This document shows, piece by piece, positions 1-12,355 of a stretch of 64,000 nt of DNA. The stretch spans positions 19,034,001 to 19,098,000 of the forward strand of contig NC_043021.1 in assembly GCF_006345805.1 (NCBI RefSeq), in the 5' to 3' direction. Position 1 is the stretch's first letter. Each line of letters begins with the position of its first letter. The DNA comes from Octopus sinensis (lineage: Eukaryota). The notes under the pieces were generated by a model. The model did no database searches and was not told the origin of the DNA. It saw only the letters and a program-made list of their open reading frames with translations. The translations under genes and the position numbers were made by a program.

Positions 1-75
1 ACTGAGAAACGAATTTTAGCATTATCGGCCAAACATCCATTCCTGACTGCGCTGCACTCCTGCTTCCAGACTCCC
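1..75 (+). CDS. PRKCE: Novel PKC (epsilon-like) coding exon, 5'-truncated by window edge
   Basis: Frame 1 reads [25 protein letters not shown] (cf. PKC-epsilon [25 protein letters not shown]); donor GTTAGT at 76, phase 0. Not in the ORF track. Confidence 0.9.
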
Positions 76-113
76 GTTAGTTCCCTCCTGACTTTTCTCA
101 CCTGCACCCTCAC

Positions 114-145
<32 letters not shown>

Positions 146-269
146 TAGATATATGCTAATCGTCATGGTTTTTGTTATTTAGTGTCAGACCATCCAAATC
201 TCAGGGGACGTACAACCAACAGTGTTCCAACAATGACCATCCTGACTTTTGGTACAGTACATCTAGGAC

Positions 270-495
270 TCATCATCATCATCGTTAAACATCCGCTTTC
301 CATGCTAGCATGGGTTGGAGGATTTGACTGAGGACTGGCGAACCAGATGGTTGCACCAGGCTCCAATCTTGATCTGGCAAAGTTTCTGCAGCTGGATGCC
401 CTTCCTAACGCCAACCACTCCGAGCATGTAGTGGGTGCTTTTACATGCCACCGGCACGGGGGCCAGTCAGGCAGTACTGGCAACGACCTCACTCG
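270..495 (-). mobile_element. Non-autonomous retroposon with (GAT)n tail (GGTTGGCGTTAGGAAGGGCATCC family, probably RTE-related)
   Basis: Copies at ~2377-2515, 4184-4860, 8875-9021(+), 16500-16942(+), 34905-35055(+), 35280-35560. Confidence 0.75.
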
Positions 496-500
496 CCATA

Positions 501-800
501 TCTAAGACGATACACTGCGATTTGAGGGCGATTTGACTGCTCTTTCTAGTGGATCGAGTGATCCCACAAGGGCTTCTTCATTCATGTCTTGTGGTTGTTT
601 AGCCAACAGACTTATGGTCGAAGACATTCTGGCCATGACCCTCCTACCTTTTCGAATTCTAGGGACTACATGGTCCAATACAGTTGTTATATATCTAGCT
701 GGTCGGGTGAACATGTAGATCTCCTGTGAGTGAGTAAACTCGAACCGCGCATGTCCACCTAGTGGACATGCTCGGTTCGAGCATCTGAGAGTACATCTAG
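501..800 (+). mobile_element. Candidate non-autonomous Helitron with long terminal palindrome
   Basis: A|TC at 500-502; 43-nt near-perfect palindrome 739-781; CTAG|T at 797-801. Confidence 0.35.
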
Positions 801-820
801 TTTGTGTGCTAGGTTATGAA

Positions 821-1137
821 GGCACATGGCTTGGTGGTTAGGGTATTCTGCTCACAACTGCAAGGCCGTGAGTTCAATTCCTGGTGGTGCATTGTGTCCT
901 TGAGCAAGACACTTTATTTCCTGTTGCTCCAGTTCACTCAGCTGGTAAAGATGAGTCGTACCTGTAATTCAAAGGGGCCAGCCTTCTCACATTCAGTATG
1001 TCACACTGAGTCTCCCCGAGAACTATGTTAAGGGTATGCGTGTCTGTGGAGTACTCAGCCACTGGGACGTTAATTTCACAAGCAGGCTGTTCCATTGATT
1101 GGATCAACTGGAGCCCTTGTTGTCATAACCAACTGAG
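821..1137 (+). mobile_element. tRNA-derived SINE with CORE-like body
   Basis: A/B-box head, then TGTGTCCTTGAGCAAGACACTTTATTTC; copies 33634-33920(-), 41331-41676(+), 45715-45880(-), 52627-52856(+), 63358-63666(-). Confidence 0.8.
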
Positions 1138-1180
1138 TATCAGTGTGTACTACTTACTCACAGAAATCTCTAATCTAATT

Positions 1181-1413
1181 GGCGGCGTGCTGGCAGAATC
1201 GTTAGCACGCCAGGCGAAATGCTTCGTGGTATTTCGTCTGTCTTTACATTCTGAGTTCAAATTCCGCCGAGGTCGACTTTGCCTTTCATCCTTTCAGGGT
1301 CGATAAATAAAGTACCAGTTACGCACTGAGGTCGATGTAATCAACTTAATCCCTTTGTCTGTCCATGTTTGTCCCCTCTATGTTTAGCCCCTTGTGGGCA
1401 ATAAAGAAATAAG
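1181..1413 (+). mobile_element. tRNA-derived SINE with Meta/MESC-like central domain
   Basis: GGCGGCGAGCTGGCAGAA..GAGTTCAAATTCC head, body GCCTTTCATCCTTTCGGGGTCGATAAA, AAAGAAATAAG tail; many copies (e.g. 27425-27655(-), 46891-47120). Confidence 0.8.
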
Positions 1414-1637
1414 AAATCTCTAATCTTTAGATACCATTCAGATATGCTAGATTGATATTATCAAGGGTATAGATTAGATGTGGAGAAGCTATAGCCATCT
1501 GAAAGGAGTACAGTGTTTGACATCAAATCATTAAACTGGAATATATTTCGATTCATTTAGTTTGATTTAAAACCAAATTTTTCAATTGTAAACTTTACAA
1601 ACATGTATTTGTGATAACCTTATTTACATTTATCCTT

Positions 1638-2290
1638 CCATCCATCCATCCAGCTAACCAGTCATCACCTCTGCCCATTATCCCTGCAAGGGTCGTTGGT
1701 GTAGAATCCTAGGACACATCTTCTCAGAAGCAATTGTCTCTAGACATTCCAGCTGGATTCCCAAGTGTAACCAACCAAAACGATGGATGTTATCCAACCA
1801 TCTTGGTCTACCCCTAGGTCTCTTCTGCGAGTCATAGGGCAGAATCCTCAGGTACCTCCTCCATAGGTTCCTATCAGGAATAACCATCTTTAGACATTCT
1901 AGCTGGATTCCTAAGCATGACCAATTGAAACCATGGATAGATAATATCCATCATGTTCTTGGTCTGCTGCTCAGTTTTCTGTTGGTCATTGTGGGGTACA
2001 GTCCTCAAGACACCTCCTCCGTAGGGTCCTTTCAAAAGCAACTGTCATTACACTTTCTGGCTGGATTTCTAAGCATGACCCGGCTACCCCTAGATCTCCT
2101 GCCCATTGTTGGGGTAGATTCCTCAATATCTCTTCCATAGTGTCCTATCAGAAGCAACAGTCATTAGACCTTCTGGCTGAATTCCCAAGTGTGACCAGCT
2201 GTGATTATCGATATTCACCATTTTTGGTCTACCCCTAGGTCTCCTACAGCTTGATACAGTCAAAGAATCCTTGTGATTCTTTCCTACTGC
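1638..2290 (-). mobile_element. RTE-type LINE 3' end with ~4 tandem ~150-bp coding units
   Basis: Minus strand: KRPRGRPRWLDNIH..LGIQ..IPDRNLWRRYLRIL repeated with period 150 (CTGGATTCC at 1753 and 1903), ending in a (GATG)n-like tail. Confidence 0.7.
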
Positions 2291-4399
2291 TGCAGGAATA
2301 CTTACCAAAAAAACCTGTCGAAATTTTATTATTAATCTCTAATATTTAAACAAAAATCTAAGACTATTTCTCCTTTATCGTTTAACGTTCGCTTTCCATG
2401 CTAGCATGGGTTGGATGATTTTGACTGAGGGCTGGCGAACCAGATGGCTGCACCAGGCCCCAATCTTGATCTGGTAGAGTTTCTACAGCTGGATGCCCTT
2501 TCTAATGCCAACCACATCTGCAGGACTAAAGCTGTGACTTTTCAGTGCAGAGAAGCAGCCAGTGGCTTGACCTGGAGAGATGCCTTGAAAACCAAACTCT
2601 CCCACTCTGTGGAGTAATGTTACTTCAGAGTCCTTCGAAGGAATCCTATTTTTGTTACTTTTATTGTGATTGTAGTCTTTCATTTGTAATTAATTAATTG
2701 TTTAAACTAATTAGAGCTGTATTGAAATATCGAAAGCCATAAAAGTTTTTGGAAACAAAAGTTTTTTTTTCTTCTTATAATTACAGTGGGGGTACCTGTT
2801 CAGAAACTCCAATTTTTTTTTTGACATTTTTGTCTTAGAAAATTTTAGAATAATTATATTTTATAAAATCATTGGCTTCTTAGTGTTAATTGTATTTTTG
2901 TGGCCTTGTAAGGATGGCACTCAACCTCAATGTGACCATCCAACTTAAAAAGCTTTTCCAGTTCTCTTGTAGGTATTCTTAATTGGTATTTAGAACAGTG
3001 TTTCTCAACCATTTTTCTGGTGCTGGTGTGTTTTACATCCCTGTAACTTAGCAGCTCGGCAAAAGAGACCAATAGAATAAGTACTAGGCTTACAAAAAAT
3101 AAGTCCCGAGGTCGATCTCTTTGACTAAAAACCCTTCAAAGTGGTGCTCCAGCATGGCCACAGTCAAATGACTGAAACAAGTAAAAGAATAAAAGAAGTG
3201 TCTTCTACTATAGCCTCGGGCCGACCAAAGCCTTGTGAGTGGATTTGGTTGACGGAAACTGAAAGAAGCCCATCGTATATATGTATATATATATGTATGT
3301 GTGTGTGTGTGTTTGTCCCCCTAGCATTGCTTGACAACCGATGCTGGTGTGTTTATGTCCCTGTTACTTAGCGGTTCAGCAAAAGAGACCGATAGAATAA
3401 GTACTGGGCTTACAAAAGAATAAGTCTCGGGATCGAGTTGCTCGATTAAAGGTGGTGCTCCAGCATGGCCTCAGTCAAATGACTGAAACAAGTAAAAGAA
3501 TAAAAGAATATAAATAAAATAGTTTTTACGCACCAAATGGTTATGAGGGACCCATCCCTTCAGTAAAATAGGAATCAAAAGGGCCCATGGGTAAAAAATG
3601 GTTGGGGACCACCAATTTAGAGTGTCTCTTAATGGATTTAGGTAATCCTATATAGAAAGGCCTTACTTATCCTAATATCTTTTTACCCGTTACTTCACTC
3701 AATCCAGTCCCCATCCCCACCATACACACACAAATTAATTAACCAATACGTCAATATAATTATCCAATATCAACCAACATATCAACATATTCCTAAACTT
3801 TCCTCCTTAGTTTCTCCTCATCTCAGCTGTCCCATCTTCACCCAACTAGCTGTTCCACTTTCACATAACAAACTGTCCCATTTTCACCCAAACAGCTTTC
3901 TCATTTTCAAATGACAAGCTGACCCACTCTCACACAACAGGACGTCCCATTTTCACACAAAAACACAATTTAGTCCTCCCACTAAATCGTTTTAGATAAG
4001 ATATTCTTCTTTCTTTTTTTTTTGTCACCATTGTTTTACCATTTCCTTATGATTTCCTATTTTTCTAAACACTTCCAAATTTTATTTCACTGTTACACTG
4101 TTTGAAATACTTACCAAAAAAACCTGTCGATATTTTATTATTAATCTCTAATTTTTTAACAAAAATCTAAGACTATTTCTCCATCGTTTAACGTCCGCTT
4201 TCCATACTAGCATGGGTTGGACGATTTTGACTGAGGGCTGGCGAACCAGATGGCTGCACCAGGCTCCAATCTTGATCTGGCAGAGTTTCTACAGCTGGAT
4301 GTCCTTCCTAACGCCAACCACTCCAAGAGTGTAGTCGGTGCTTTTTACGTTCCACCGGCACGGGGGCCAGTCAAGCGGTACTGGCAATGACCTTGCTCA

Positions 4400-4830
4400 A
4401 ATCCTTTCACACATGCCACCAGCACAGGTGCCAGTAAGGTGCCGTTGGTAACGATCACACTCGAATGGTGCCCCTTTATGTGCCACCGGCACAGAAGCCA
4501 GTTGGCTGCTCTGGCAACGATCATGATCAGATAGTGCTCTTGGCACTTTACTAGCATGGGCACAAGTGCCAGTAAGGCGGAGCTGGTAATGATCACACTC
4601 GAATGGTGCCCTTTTATGTGCCACTGGCACGGAAGCCAGTTGGCTGCTCTGGCAATGATCACACTCGGATAGTGCTCTTGGCACCCTACTAGCACAGGCA
4701 CAAGTGCCAGTAAGGCGACGCTGGTAACGATCACACTTGAATGGTGCCCTTTTATGTGCCACTAGCACAGAAGCCGGTTAGTTGCTCTGTCAACAATCAC
4801 GCTTGTATGGTGCTCTTTGCACCCCGCTAG
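4400..4830. repeat. ~138-bp dimeric minisatellite inside the (GAT)n-tailed retroposon
   Basis: 46-codon periodicity in ORF 4345-4734; alternating GTGCCAGTAAGG and GAAGCCAGTTGG subunits, ~3 copies. Confidence 0.8.
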
Positions 4831-5120
4831 CACGGATGCCAGTCATCGAATTTGATTTTGATAGCTTGTTTACCAACCACATGGTTCCAGGTTCAGTCCC
4901 ACTGCATGGCACCTTGGGCAAGTGTCTTCTACTATAGCCTCGGGCCGATCAAAGCCTTGTGAGTGGATTTGGTAGACGGAAACTGAAAGAAGCCCGTTGT
5001 ATATATGTATATATATATAAGCGTGTGTGTGTTTGTCCCCCTAGCATTGCTTGACAACCGATGCTGGTGTGTTTACATCCCTGTTACTTAGCGGTTCAGC
5101 AAAAGAGACCGATGGAATAA

Positions 5121-5525
<405 letters not shown>

Positions 5526-5579
5526 TAATTGCTTTCCTCTTCGTTGTCCTACAAAGGATACAAATTAAAACACTAAAGC

Positions 5580-5850
5580 AGTGATTCTCAACCATATTTT
5601 TTTACTTTTTGACCCATTTGTCTCCCATTTTACTCAGATGGACCCTTCTAGCCATTCGATGCTTAAAAAGAATCCTGTAGAATTTTTATAATTAAATATT
5701 ATTAAGAATTGTATAAAAAAATTGTTAAAATATTTTGTCTTGTAGTAGTATAATCAATTTATTGCACAAATTTTAACAAAATCTTATAAGGACCCCTAAA
5801 GGTCATATGAAACCCCAAGAGACATATGGACTTCCAGTTGAGAGCCATTG
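5580..5850. mobile_element. hAT-like MITE
   Basis: Termini CAGTGATTCTCAAC / GTTGAGAGCCATTG; related fragments at ~2997-3015, 3520-3615, 39085-39150. Confidence 0.5.
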
Positions 5851-6774
5851 TACTATAAAGTGTTTCAACTAGTATTGGTCAGCCAGAAGTGAAAATTATT
5901 GGTTTAGTTGAATTGGAATTTGTTACCAATTCTAGAATTGCCTTCAGTCAGAGTTTTTTTTTAAAAAAGGTTTTGGCAAAATCTTGGTTACTCAATGAAT
6001 CGGATTACCTCTTGTCGTCATCATCATCATCATTGTCATCATAATCATCACTGAGATTGAGCCAATGAGATTGTTGGAAAAACCATCCAAATCTCCTTCA
6101 TATCATTTCCTGCAGTATTAAAATAAAAAAAAAAGTAAAAGGAATGACACATTGGATAATGTAATCCTAGATACATTATGCCTAGGGCTTCCTCAATGCT
6201 GACCCGAGTTTAAACCACATTATCACCATCATCATCATCATTGTCATCATCATTGTCATCATCATTGATTATCATCATCATTATCATGAATTTACTTACC
6301 ATTGATGGTGACCGGTGGCCAAAATGAGTTGACCAGTGTTAGAAGGGCAGAAAATATACGTTGCAGATGACCCTTAAGGAAACGACAGAAGAGGATTTCA
6401 AGGAAGGTCATTGTCATAACCCTTGTTGCCATCACCATCATCTTCATCATCATCATCATCGTTAGTCAGCAACATACCATCATCATCATTATCATCATCA
6501 GCACTGTCATCATGATCCCCATCATCAACAGCAGCAGCAACATCATCGTAATCAGCATCAATACCGTTACCATCATCATCATCATCGTCGTCTTCCTCAT
6601 CCTCATCCTCATCACCATCAGCAGCACCATTGTCATCAGCACCCTTCTCCTCCTACTCCTCTTCATCTTCGTCATTGTCCATCTTCATTATCAATCACGG
6701 TTTTATCATCGTCATCATCATCATCATCAACATTCTCCCCTCACAAGCTGCACAGATTCTGTTTGACAGACTAA

Positions 6775-6972
<198 letters not shown>

Positions 6973-7024
6973 TAATTTTGTTCACCAATACCACCATCTT
7001 TTGATATTGTGACTAATTCTGTTA

Positions 7025-7077
7025 TATGTATGTGTGTGTGTGTGTGTGTGTGGTGTGTGTGTGTGTGTGTGTATATA

Positions 7078-7108
<31 letters not shown>

Positions 7109-7484
7109 GTATATATATATATATATTATGTATGTATATATATATATATGTGTATATACATATGTGTATATATATATATATGTATGTATATATATATATA
7201 TAATGTGTATATATGTGTATATATATATGTGTGTGTATATATATATGTGTGTGTGTATATATATGTGTGTGTATATATATGTGTATATATATATATGTGT
7301 GTATATATATATGTGTGTATATATATATATGTGTGTATATATATATATGTGTGTGTATATATATATATGTGTGTATATATATATATATATATGTGTGTGT
7401 GTATATATATATGTATGTATATATATATGTATGTATATATATTATATGTGTATGTATATATATGTGTATATATGTGTGTGTGTT
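7025..7484. repeat. Compound (TG)n/(TA)n microsatellite
   Basis: Direct inspection; similar fields at 20185-20425, 20720-21160, 23460-23830, 24430-25420, 26470-27010. Confidence 0.95.
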
Positions 7485-7550
7485 AAATATAATGGGACAA
7501 CAAAGCCAAGGCTGTGTGGAATTTCCAGGGCATCTATAAAGAGAAAGTTA

Positions 7551-7598
7551 GTCTTACAGCTGTTTCTGGGATATTAAGGATATCCCTTCATCAGAGAC
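7551..7598 (-). ncRNA. Minimal type-I hammerhead ribozyme (family B)
   Basis: Minus: GUCU-CUGAUGA-A-GGGAUAU(CCUUA)AUAUCCC-A-GAAA-CAGCUG-UA-AGAC; palindromic helix III, GUA site. Confidence 0.8.
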
Positions 7599-8807
7599 GA
7601 TATGAGAGAGTTAACTAGAGGGAAATAGCAGAGCTCAATATAAGGAATTATTTTGGAAAAGGATGGAAATAGTAAGTATAAAGGGAAAAAAGAGAATAAA
7701 AGTAAAAATGAATATATATATGTGTGTGGAGGCGCAATGGCCCAGTGGTTAGGGCAGCGGACTCGCAGTTGTAGGATTGTAGTTTCGATTCCCAGACCAG
7801 GTGTTGTGAGTTTATTGAGCGAAAACACCTAAAAGCTCCACGTGGCTCCTGCTGTACTTCTTCACCACATCTTTCTCTCACTCTTTCTTCTGTTGGCCTG
7901 CTCGCTTAGCCAGCAGGGTGGCATCATTTGAAGGCTAAAACAATGTGAAGCGCATTGTGACCAGCGATGTGTAGCAACATCTGATAGCCTGGTCAGTCAC
8001 AGTGATATATATAATCAATAATATTATGATTATTATTGATAATATAATACCACACAGCCACTCCTGCATATGATATATATATTTATGGTAGAATATTGTA
8101 TTGACATATTTATGGTAAAAGGCACTTGCTCAAGGTGTCACTCATCTGATTCAAATCCAAAACAGAATGTGATTTCAAATCAAACTGCTGAACCACATGG
8201 CCATACTGGCTCCCCATTGAATGGAGTGAAAATGCTGTTGTTAACAACACAACTTCAAATTACTGTTTGTTCTAAGCTAGATTCATTGCTGTCATTGTCC
8301 TGAGTGTCAGGACACCTGACACTCAGGTGTCCTGCTGTACACCTGAGATCAGGGTTCATAATTATTCTTGTTCCAGTTTGTTTCGCTGAACAGAAAACGA
8401 GTTTCTTATTTCTTTATTGCCCACAAGGGGCTAAACGAGGACAGACAAAGGGATTAAGTTGATTACATTGATCCCCAGTGTGTAACTGGTACTTAATTTA
8501 TCGACCCCGAAAGGATGAAAGGCAAAGTCAACCTTGGCAGAATTTGAACTCAGAACGTAACGGCAGACGAAATGCCGCTAAGCATTTCGCCCGACGTGCT
8601 AACGCTTCTGCCAGCTCACTGAACAGAAATCAAGTTTCTGTTCATTGCTTCATAGCTGAGTGATTTTGTTGGGTGGTTTTTATAACTGGGAGCCCCTCCC
8701 TAAGGTTGGGGGGAAACTTAGTTATAAAAACAATTGCTCCAATTCATTAAGCCATTTTCCCGCAAGCATCAGAAAACATTTTTTTTAAATCTTCAAAATG
8801 CTAAATT

Positions 8808-9185
8808 TAACCCTTTGGCATTCAGATTACTTTGTCAAACAGAATGCTTATTTATTCAGCTTGACATTTGGAAGGGTTGGCGTTAGGAAGGGCATCCAGC
8901 TGTAGAAACCAAGTCGAATCAGATTGGAACCTGGTGCAGCTCCCCAACTTACCAGTTTTCAGTCAAACTGTCCGACCCATGCCAGCATGGAAAGCAGCTG
9001 TTAAATGATAATGATGATGATGTTTGAATTAATCCTGCATTATCTCGTAGCTTCGAGATTTTGATGACAGGAGTGTATATTTTTAGAATGGCATTGTATG
9101 GTAGGTGTGAGAGGCTGAATCTGGCCAGTTTGAACATAAAATTGACCAAATATTTAGGCCTGAAATGGCCGGTTTAAACACTATC
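8808..9185. mobile_element. TTAA/CCCTTT piggyBac-like MITE interrupted by a (GAT)n-tailed retroposon
   Basis: TTAACCCTTTGGCATTC start; body matches 30907-31115 and 23905-24155. Confidence 0.6.
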
Positions 9186-9381
9186 TTGAAGCAAATAGAG
9201 CTATAACTAATAATAGCATGGTAAATATTGGATTTAAAAAATCCTTGGTTAAAAGAAATCAAAGACTACTTGTAGGGCTTGAACCTAAATCTCCTGTAAA
9301 TATCACAGATGCTCTACCACTGAACCAAAGCAACAACCTTCAACTTTTCTGTCCAAAGGGTTTTTCAACCCCATATTTACA

Positions 9382-9546
9382 GGTGCAGGAGTGGCTGTGT
9401 GGTAAGTAGCTTGCTTACCAACCACATGGTTCCGGGTTCAGTCCCACTGCATGACACCTTGGGCAAGTGTCTTCTACTATAGCCTCGGGCCAAAACCTCG
9501 TGAGTGGATTTGGTAGACGGAAACTGAAAGAAGCCTGTCGTATATA
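9382..9546 (+). mobile_element. 5' half of the major tRNA-SINE; 3' half at 11121-11354
   Basis: GGTGCAGGAGTGGCTGTGTGGTAAG..GAAAGAAGCCTGTCGTATATA; the matching 3' half resumes at 11121. Confidence 0.75.
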
Positions 9547-10286
9547 TCTCTTATTATAAAAGGCAGATTTTATCTGCCTCCCTTTGGGAGTTATAGAAAT
9601 CTACAATATAGGATTTCTTCAATTACAATTTACCTAGCATTTTTGAGAGTACAATGCATCGCGTCATGCCAGGTCCAGTTTTTAAAATTTAAACTCCAAT
9701 TAAGCAAAATTTACAGAAAACTCACATTCCGGTGTGTGTCAAATGCTTTCTTAGTCTGGTTTACACCACACGCAAATGCACACACACAGTGGGCAACGAA
9801 ATAAATGAAAGTAAATAGCGACAGAGTGATTTGAGGAAGACTAAAGTGAAAGTATTCTGTCTATGACGCTGATAGATACATGAGTAAAATGTATGGGAAG
9901 CTAAGAGCTAAGAGTGAGTGAAAATGTTCTTGGAAGAGAGTAATTAGTAATAAAGTAAACATACACACATACATACATACATACATACATACATACATAC
10001 ATAACACACCCACACACACACACACCATACATACACATACATACATACATACACACATACACACATACATACATATACATACATACATACATACATACAC
10101 ACACACACATACCACACACACCACAGTACACAACATGAGAACAATCACATACATTTGCAAACAACTGTTGAAAATATTATTGTTACACACATACACACCA
10201 CACACACATATTATACATTACAAGACAGATACACACACACACACCACACCACACACATAAACACACACACACACACACACCACACA

Positions 10287-10317
<31 letters not shown>

Positions 10318-10439
10318 CACAACACACATGATCCAGCATGGCCACAACCTCAAGGCTGAAACATATAAAAGAATAACAGAATATAAATGTGTGCAAAGTA
10401 CAAGAAATATTAATGCAGTATATGGGGATTGGACAATAA

Positions 10440-10745
10440 GCGTAAGGCAGTGTCAATGGTGGTTCCAGAAATCCCGAGCATAATAAACTACAGCCTAGAA
10501 GACGAGCCTCATCCTGAAAGATCTGTAGAACTCGACAAGGACATCCTGAAAACCCTGGTGGAACAAAATATCATCGTAACTGTTGAGGAACTAGCAGAGA
10601 AGCTGGATTTGGTCATTCAACCATTCATTGACACCTGTGTGCTATCGGAAAAGTCAGCAATTAGGTCAATGGGTTCCTCACGAACTTTCCGAGTCTAATT
10701 GCATGCAGAGAGTGAATGTATGCTTTTCTTTGCTGTCATATCTCA
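10440..10745 (+). pseudogene. Mariner transposase fragment (HTH + WVPHEL)
   Basis: EDEPHPERSVELDKDILKTLVEQNIIVTVEELAEKL, then frameshifted AIGKVS..LGQWVPHELSESN (TGG at 10670). Confidence 0.85.
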
Positions 10746-10765
10746 CCACTACTGCGCTATGTATA

Positions 10766-11120
10766 TCTATATATATAAAACTGTAGTTATGTGAGTGTCT
10801 GTCCCCTTCGATTTAGATTCCTAAAACTACTCCACATTTTGCGGTACAGTTTAACCAAATTCGGGTAGCTTATAGTCGTGATTCATATCGAGCCCGTCTG
10901 AATATTAGCGCGTCTACGTCTACGATTTTAAAAATAATTTAACATCATTTTTTATTCCATTTTAATGCATAATTTTTCGTGTGTCGATGGCGGCGGAGTT
11001 GGCCATCATATTTTTTCCATTTTTAATGCATTTTTTGCTATTTTTTGGCTATAACTCTCTAAAAATGCTTATATAGTTATTTCCCTTACAAACCCGAGCA
11101 ACGCCGGGCGATACTGCTAG
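10766..11120 (+). mobile_element. Non-autonomous Helitron
   Basis: A|TCTATATATATAAAA start; hairpin CCCGAGCAACGCCGGG; CTAG|T end. Confidence 0.85.
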
Positions 11121-11950
11121 TGTATATATATGTGTGTGTGTATATGTTTGTGTGTCTGTCCCCCCAACATCGCTTGACAATCGATGCTGGTGTGTTTACA
11201 TCCCCGTAACTTAGTGGTTCGGCAAAAGAGACCAATAGAATAAGTACTAGGCTTACAAAGAATAAGTCCTGGGGTCGATTTGCTCGACTAAAGGCAGTGC
11301 TCCAGCATGGCCACAGTCAAATGACTGAAACAAGTAAAAGAGATTAAAAAGAGTATGCTTCGCTATATTTGCTTCGAGATTCACTATTCCTAAAAAGAAT
11401 TATCTTAAAATATATTTATACCTTTTCTGGCTGTAAATTTTGGATTTAAAAATTCAACTTGTATGCTGGAAATTACAATAAATATGATATCCAAATAAAT
11501 CTTCTATATTCTAAATGCTTGATAATCCTCTCCCCCTGGTTTATGTTACAGTTGTAGTTACCTCCCTTGTTTACTCTCTTTCACTCACACTCTCTCTTTT
11601 TCTCTCTCAGCCTAGTACTACTGGAGTTATTTTCTCTTGACAGATTTGTAAAATAATTCTTTGTTTAGAATGGTGGGTCTGGAAGAAGATAAAGCTATAA
11701 ATATTGGGTGAAAAAACAGTCAAAGGCTGTCTGTGGACTTGTACCCACATCTGTAAGCATGACAGGGGTTCTACCATTGAACCAAATTAATCCTTTGAAT
11801 TGTCCTATTCATTTTAGAATCTTTATTCTTACCAACAAAAATTGTATGTTATTGACGTTAAAAGAATTTTATAATCTTTCGACAGAACAAGAAATAATTC
11901 TTTTTAAGAACAGTAAATCTCACAGTAAATAGAGCGATAAATGATTTCAG

Positions 11951-12355
11951 GCGGAGGCGCAATGGCCCAGTGGTTAGGGCAGCGGAGGCGCAATGGCCCA
12001 GTGGTTAGGGCAGCGGACTCGCGGTTTCGATTCCCAGACCAGGCATTGTGAGTGTTTATTGAGCGAAAACACCTAAAGCTCCACGAGGCTCCGGCAGGGG
12101 ATGGTGGTGATCCCTGCTGTACTCTTTCACCACAACTTTCTCTCACTCTTACTTCCTGTTTCTGTTGTACCTGTATTTCAAAGGGCCGGCCTTGTCACTC
12201 TCTTTGTCACGCTGAATATCCCCGAGAACTACGTTAAGGGTACACGTGTCTGTGGAGTGCTCAGCCACTTACACGTTAATTTCACGAGCAGGCTGTTCCG
12301 TTGATTCGGATCAACCAGGACCTTCTTCGTCGTAACCGACGGAGTGCTTCCTCCC
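11951..12355 (+). mobile_element. tRNA-derived SINE with duplicated head and 14-bp TSD
   Basis: TAAATGATTTCAGG at 11938-11951 and 12356-12369; 31-bp head repeat; relatives at 7728-8005, 45930-46128(-), 61810-62165. Confidence 0.85.

Noticed and set aside
821-893. tRNA-like heads (also 7728, 11951, 16042, 33277, 52627, 61810)
   Set aside because: Run straight into repeated SINE bodies without a complete acceptor stem; not tRNA genes.
7009-7577. Many long ORFs rich in Y/I/C/V/M/H/T (also 20-27 kb, 48.9-52.7 kb)
   Set aside because: Translations of (TA)n/(TG)n/(TATG)n/(TAGA)n microsatellites with no protein signal.
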